Below are positions 59,151 through 64,000 of a DNA stretch of 64,000 nucleotides, in pieces. The first letter of the stretch is position 1, and each line of letters opens with the position of its first letter. The notes under the pieces are model-generated. The model had not been told where the DNA came from and did no database searches. It saw only the letters and a program-made list of their open reading frames with translations. The position numbers and the translations under genes are program-made. Source of the stretch: Acidobacteriota bacterium (GTDB lineage: Bacteria > Acidobacteriota > UBA6911 > RPQK01 > JAJDTT01); NCBI GenBank assembly GCA_965217775.1, contig CBDCJH010000002.1, positions 2,112,001 to 2,176,000 on the forward strand. Reading direction: 5' to 3'.

Positions 59151-59987
59151 TTACCTGGAGGTGGCATCCGGCCAGTAGGCGGCCGCGGCGTTCCCTCCCA
59201 TGACGGCCGCCAATTCCCCGGGTTCCAGGTCGGTGTAGAAGCGTTCCTGGAGTCCCAAAGCACTAGCGTAGCTGCACTTGAGCAGGACGTGGGGGAAGTC
59301 GCTTCCCCAGACCAGCCGATCCGCGCCGAAGGCCTCGTGGAAGGCCCTGAAGAACGGATGGCAGTCCCGGTACGGCCACCCTTGCCGGGAGTGGTAGTAG
59401 TAGCCGCTGACCTTCACCGAAATCTGGGGAAACCGGCTCAGATCCAGCAGGTCCCGGAATGCCGGATCGCCGGTTCCGGCCGTCACGTCGGGATAGGCCA
59501 TGTGATCGATGAGGAGAGGAACCCGCGGAAACCGCTCCGCCAACCCGGCCAGGGCCGGGACATGCTCCATCCTCATGAGCAGGTTGACGGCGATTCCCAG
59601 ATCCTGGGCCGCTTCCCAGACCGGATACGAAGCGGGCCGGCCAAATGTCAATTCCTCGCCGGGAACGCTGGGACGGATTCTCAATCCCCGGCAACCCCGT
59701 TCCCGGACCCAGTAGCGAAGACGCCGGTCCGCGCCCTCCCGCCGCGGGTCCACGTAACACACGGCCGCCAAGCGATCCGGATCACGGGCGGCGCAATCGG
59801 CCACGTAGGAATTGTCCTCGCCCGGGTAGAAAGGCTGCACCACGACGGCCCGGTCAACTCCATGTTCGTCCATATACTGCTTCAGCAAATCCACGGGGAC
59901 GTCCGAGGTCGGACTCACGATGGTGGCGCCGGGATTGGGATGATCGGGAGCCGAGCGCCAGACATGAAGATGCGCATCTACGATCAT
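59151..59987 (-). CDS. Amidohydrolase_2 family protein
   Basis: IVDAHLHVW; IDHMA; VKVSG; WGSDFP. Confidence 0.9.
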   Translation of the reverse strand: MIVDAHLHVWRSAPDHPNPGATIVSPTSDVPVDLLKQYMDEHGVDRAVVVQPFYPGEDNSYVADCAARDPDRLAAVCYVDPRREGADRRLRYWVRERGCRGLRIRPSVPGEELTFGRPASYPVWEAAQDLGIAVNLLMRMEHVPALAGLAERFPRVPLLIDHMAYPDVTAGTGDPAFRDLLDLSRFPQISVKVSGYYYHSRQGWPYRDCHPFFRAFHEAFGADRLVWGSDFPHVLLKCSYASALGLQERFYTDLEPGELAAVMGGNAAAAYWPDATSR

Positions 59988-60030
59988 TCTTCGTTCCCGG
60001 AAGTGGCATGGAATGGGAGCGCCCGGTGCC

Positions 60031-61314
60031 TCATCCCCCGCCCGTCTTCTCCAGGGTCCAGAAAACTCCCGCGACGACCCCTTTGAGGTGGTCCGGGACC
60101 GACTTGATGTGTTCGTAGTGGTAGACGGCCGTCATGAAGCGTCCCGGAGAAATCTCGACGGTCGGGGAGGTAAATCCCGCCACGGGAGCCAGCAGGAACT
60201 TCTTGGACCGGTTCATGAGCGGGGTCCCGGAGCGGGTGCCGTCGACCCAGGTCTGTCCGCCGTCCAGGCTGATTCGCGCCGCCCTGCGCGTATTTCCACT
60301 ATGCCCCCAAGCGTGGGTCACCACCACGACGTTGCTGGGGGTCCAATCGACCGTCCCCCGGTGGCCGTACCAGTCGGTCATTCCTCCGGGCGCCAACTGA
60401 AACATCCGCCCCGCGTCCTTCGACTCGAAGAGCGCCCCCTGCTTGTAGTAGTGCATGGGGTTCCCCGTCTCCATCATCATCTTGGCGCCGTCCTCTTCGG
60501 GCCGGCCCAAGCGTTGGATCCGGGTCATGACCAGAACGTGGTCCGGGTCGTTGGGTCCGATGGCCAGTGTCGACTCGTGGGCGTTCAGGTCGGTGTAGAC
60601 CCGGCTGGGTTCCCCCCAAGTGACGCCGCCGTCGGTGGACCGCAGGACCACGTCCCCGAAATAGTCGTCCGGCGTGCCCCCGTACATGAAGTTGGGAGGA
60701 CTCACCGGATCGGTGGGTGGATGTTTTTTCTTGTAATCCTCGCTTGAAACGACGGTCGTGTTGAACAAGAGGGTCCCGTCCGGCTGCTCGATGACGGCTC
60801 GATTTCCATCCTCATGGAATTTGATGTTGGGCGTCCCTGCCCCGAACTTGGTGAAGTCGGTCTCCGACGAGGTCCAGGTCTTCCCGCCGTCGTCCGAGTA
60901 GGAGACGAACAGATCCTGGCCGTAGAGGCGCAGCTCCTTCTGGTTGGGCGGATGGTCTCCGCTGGTCTGGTGGATCAGAAAGATCCTGCCCTTCCGGCTC
61001 ACACCCATTCCCTGCACCACTTGGTGGGGCCGACCGAGATCCGCCGGGGAGGAGGTCCAGGTCTCGCCATTGTCCGCGCTCGAGTAAAGAGCGGGCGGAT
61101 CGTTCTGGATCGCAAGGTAGATGTTCCCGTCCGGATGCCGCGCCATGGCCATCATGGCCCGGTTGGAGGCGCCCGCCGGGACGATGTTCACCAGCCGTTC
61201 GATCTTCACCGTCACCCGGTGATCCATCTCTTCTTTCTCTGTTTTCTGCGGTCCTTGCTGGCAGGCAGGAGAGATCAGCAAAATCAACGTTAGCCAGATT
61301 GGGATTCGATTCAT
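60031..61314 (-). CDS. Exported BNR/Asp-box (sialidase-like) protein, probable lipoprotein
   Basis: Signal peptide ending SPAC; five SxDxGxTW-type boxes. Confidence 0.8.
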   Translation of the reverse strand: MNRIPIWLTLILLISPACQQGPQKTEKEEMDHRVTVKIERLVNIVPAGASNRAMMAMARHPDGNIYLAIQNDPPALYSSADNGETWTSSPADLGRPHQVVQGMGVSRKGRIFLIHQTSGDHPPNQKELRLYGQDLFVSYSDDGGKTWTSSETDFTKFGAGTPNIKFHEDGNRAVIEQPDGTLLFNTTVVSSEDYKKKHPPTDPVSPPNFMYGGTPDDYFGDVVLRSTDGGVTWGEPSRVYTDLNAHESTLAIGPNDPDHVLVMTRIQRLGRPEEDGAKMMMETGNPMHYYKQGALFESKDAGRMFQLAPGGMTDWYGHRGTVDWTPSNVVVVTHAWGHSGNTRRAARISLDGGQTWVDGTRSGTPLMNRSKKFLLAPVAGFTSPTVEISPGRFMTAVYHYEHIKSVPDHLKGVVAGVFWTLEKTGGG

Positions 61315-61501
61315 GATATTTCGTTCTCCGTGAGCGGACTTGGTGGAAACGACGACGGAAGATACCCGAACTGAGCGACTTCCATACCGTCGAGAGGAAT
61401 CAGTAGCGTAAAACGTTTGTCCATTGTCAACGCGGCCAATGGCTGCCGTCAAGGTGCGCACCTTACCGTATCTACCAAACAGACGGCGTCCCACCGATAA
61501 T

Positions 61502-62218
61502 TCACTTCCCGGCGACGAAAAGCACCCGTCTCGCTTCTTCGATCCCTCGATTGCGGTCAAGGGAAATACAGGAGACCTCCGTAAAGCCGCTACGTTCGAG
61601 CGCCTGGACAACCGTGGAAACGGGATACCAAGTCTGTACCAGATGAACAACGTCGGGGCGAACCCGATGCGGAGAGGTTACCGTCGCCCGGAACTCCGCC
61701 AGCCGAGTGTCCTCGCAATAGGAAGTCGATGCCACCGTGGTCGAACTCGGATCAGGGATAGTCCAAGTGCCCGACCAAGAGGTCCGGTATTGAACTTCCG
61801 TATTGAGATCGAAGGCAAATACGCCTCCTGGAGCGAGGCAACTTGAAACGTTGAGGAGCGCCGACTCAAGGTCGTCCAACGTCAGCAGATGATTGAGACT
61901 ATCGTACAGCGAGAAGGCGGCATCAAACTTGCGAGACAGGCAAAATGATCGAATATCCGTACAGATGAACCCACAACCGGGAGCATTCACGGTCGCATGG
62001 CGGAGCATTTCGTAAGAGGCGTCGACGCCAACAACCCGAAAGCCCCCTGCGCTCAGCTTTCGGGCAAACTGGCCGGTGCCACAGCAGGCATCGAGGATGG
62101 CGCTGCCGGGATCGAGCTTGCGCAATACAAGGCGTTCCAATTGCGGGAACGAGCCCAGGGAGTCCTCACCCCAGTGCCGGTTGTAGACGGCGGCGAATTT
62201 GTCGTACCTGGAAAGCAT
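61502..62218 (-). CDS. Class I SAM-dependent methyltransferase
   Basis: ILDACCGTG; GVDAS; YDSLNH; LAPGGVFAFD. Confidence 0.9.
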   Translation of the reverse strand: MLSRYDKFAAVYNRHWGEDSLGSFPQLERLVLRKLDPGSAILDACCGTGQFARKLSAGGFRVVGVDASYEMLRHATVNAPGCGFICTDIRSFCLSRKFDAAFSLYDSLNHLLTLDDLESALLNVSSCLAPGGVFAFDLNTEVQYRTSWSGTWTIPDPSSTTVASTSYCEDTRLAEFRATVTSPHRVRPDVVHLVQTWYPVSTVVQALERSGFTEVSCISLDRNRGIEEARRVLFVAGK

Positions 62219-62456
62219 GACCTCTACGGGTTTGAAGTTCCGTGGAACCGACAGCGGCCCCGGTCCTCATTTCTCACCGGGAAATGCGATGATCACACCG
62301 GGTAGTGTCTTCGGTGTGCGCTCGCGAAAGCAAGCACGAAAGCTTCGGGCACAAGACCGGAATAGTACTTGAAATTTTCACTCTTGAACCCTCCACCAAC
62401 AGCGAAATTGCCGGGCGTTAACAGTACATCGCCTTTGAAAGCGAAGCCATGCTTAA

Positions 62457-62614
62457 CAGTCCGTGGTGAAAGTCCCGCGAGCACCGAGACCGTTCCTGCG
62501 CCCGCCGGACAAGGCGCGATTCGGGTGCATACCGGGAGTATGTGCCCGAATCGCAACGCCGTCCGCCGGGATGCAGGGACGGTCGAATGCCGTGATGACT
62601 TTTGCCACGGGCTG
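62457..62614 (-). mobile_element. 158-bp MITE, copy B
   Basis: Reverse complement of copy A; flanked by TTAA. Confidence 0.9.
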
Positions 62615-62618
62615 TTAA

Positions 62619-62777
62619 CAGTCCGTGGTGAAAGTCCCGCGAGCACCGAAACCGTTCCTGGGCCCGCCGGACAACGCGCGATGAGGGAGCATACCGTGAG
62701 TAGGTGACCGAATCGCAACGCAGTCCGCGCACGATGCAGGGACGGTCGAATGCCGTGACGACTTTTGCCACGGGCTG
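62619..62777 (-). mobile_element. 159-bp MITE, copy C, tandem with B
   Basis: Shares the TTAA at 62615-62618 with copy B and is followed by TTAA. Confidence 0.9.
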
Positions 62778-62807
62778 TTAATGTCGGCCAGGTCACCAAG
62801 GATCACC

Positions 62808-63152
62808 TCACCCAGCCTGAGCAAGCTGCTTTTCTTTGCTCGGCTGCTGTATGACGACGTAGTCCCGCACAATCTCTTGGTGGAAGCTCTCGGGCAACTT
62901 TGCCCAGTCGTGCGCCTGGACCAGGATGGGAATGTTGGACTGCTCCACCGCCTTTACGAATTCGACGTATCTATCCCCTGGTACCGGCTCCAGCGTAGGA
63001 CTGCGCAATACTAGATCCAGGTCGCTGCCCGGATGGCTTTGGCCGTTGATGCGGCTGCCGTAGGCCCATGCCTCCACTTCAGGCAGATGCTCCCGCAGCA
63101 GGGCTTCGATCTGCTCCCGATAGCGATCGGGCAGGTCCAGGCGCTCAGTCAT
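62808..63152 (-). CDS. Minimal nucleotidyltransferase (MNT)
   Basis: WAYGSRING...SDLDL. Confidence 0.88.
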   Translation of the reverse strand: MTERLDLPDRYREQIEALLREHLPEVEAWAYGSRINGQSHPGSDLDLVLRSPTLEPVPGDRYVEFVKAVEQSNIPILVQAHDWAKLPESFHQEIVRDYVVIQQPSKEKQLAQAG

Positions 63153-63567
63153 TCGACCCCTCCGCTATGACCTGAGCCATCTCCTTGGCGTCGTCTATGA
63201 AACGGGGAAATAGCTTCAGAGTCGTCTCAGCGAAACCCTCGCCATACTGGTGAGCCGTGTCGTTCCGGTTGTCCCGGTACTCGAGCCAGCGTTCGCAACT
63301 CTCAACGGAGATCAACCCGTGTTTGGCGGCATGACGGAACCGATTCTTGAAGCTGAGACGGTCCGCCTGCCGGTTGCTGGAAAAATATGGTCTGAGCCTC
63401 TTCTTTAGCAGGCTGCCGCTTTGCTCCAAGACCAATTCGAACTCCTTGACACCAGCGGCGCGAAAGACGTCGTAGGCAATATCGCCCGCTTCATGCTGTT
63501 GCAAGTGCTCGAACGCCGTCTCCAAGGTCCGAATACAGCGAGTGATGAAGTCTGTGTTGATGATCAT
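63145..63567 (-). CDS. HEPN / nucleotidyltransferase substrate-binding protein (HI0074-like)
   Basis: KEFELVLE; RNDTAHQY (RxxxxH). Confidence 0.85.
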   Translation of the reverse strand: MIINTDFITRCIRTLETAFEHLQQHEAGDIAYDVFRAAGVKEFELVLEQSGSLLKKRLRPYFSSNRQADRLSFKNRFRHAAKHGLISVESCERWLEYRDNRNDTAHQYGEGFAETTLKLFPRFIDDAKEMAQVIAEGSND

Positions 63568-64000
63568 GTTCCGTCACCTTTCCCAAACCCCAAGCGCTCC
63601 CGATTCGCCTCGATAGCTGCGTCCAGCTTGGCGGGCTCGGCCTGCTGCTCCTGCCATTGAGCGGTGAGCCGGGCCATCTTCTTCCCGAGTTGAAAGGAGG
63701 ATTGGCCAGGATGTAATCGGCCTTCAGATCGGGATGCCGGTCGTTGTGGAAAGTGTCTCCATGCGCAATCTGCCCCTCGATGCCTCGAATGGCCAAGTTC
63801 ATCTTGGCCAGTCGCCAAGTGGTGTAGTTCGATTCCTGGCCGTAGATCGAGATGTCGGCCCGCGTGCCCCTCGGAAGTTTCCCGCCGTTGCCAATGCCGG
63901 TCGTGTGGGCGCGGATGAACTCCACCGACTGCACGAACATCCCCGAGGAGCCGCAACATGGGTCGTAGACCCGACCCTGGTAGGGCTCCAGCATCTCTAC
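63564..64000 (-). pseudogene. hsdM: Type I R-M methyltransferase subunit, internally deleted and partial at the window edge
   Basis: [12 protein letters not shown]; YGQE; MNL; ANPPFN joined out of frame to the terminal helix [23 protein letters not shown]. Confidence 0.85.

Larger units (their letters stand above)
62330..62815 (-). pseudogene. hsdS: 5' fragment of a type I R-M specificity subunit, interrupted by two MITEs
   Basis: Removing the MITEs restores LGDLADIKHGFAFKG..LLTPGNFAVGGGFK..FKYY; truncated downstream. Confidence 0.75.

Overview
High-GC bacterial chromosomal window. Gene content (acidobacterial-type VWA protein, DUF1501 + DUF1549/DUF1553 pairs, PVC-type heme-binding CxxCH protein, BNR/sialidase-like proteins) suggests Acidobacteriota; this is an inference. 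The most striking structure is at 547-13285. Ten clear copies and one degenerate copy of a 25-bp imperfect palindrome (consensus GAGAGGAGGTGACTGTCCCCTTCTC), all in the same orientation, divide the DNA into 0.07-2.7 kb segments. The segments carry unrelated cargo: a TA module, nucleases, DUF2806, a TIR + membrane protein pair and an oxidoreductase, plus pieces of a methyltransferase, an RT, an integrase and IS1380. Many of these genes are cut at or near the repeat. The arrangement looks like a repeat-delimited gene capture/shuffling array that is not a CRISPR, integron or dif-module array. From 14.7 to 62 kb the window is mostly ordinary metabolic and transport genes. It also contains dispersed REP-like palindromes, a complete group II intron inserted in the loop of one such palindrome, tRNA-Lys and tRNA-Ser, many decayed TA modules, and a 158-bp MITE (3 copies) that disrupts vapC and hsdS. 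A degraded type I R-M locus with a HEPN/MNT pair lies at the right end. All product calls come from motif recognition by eye; no searches were run.
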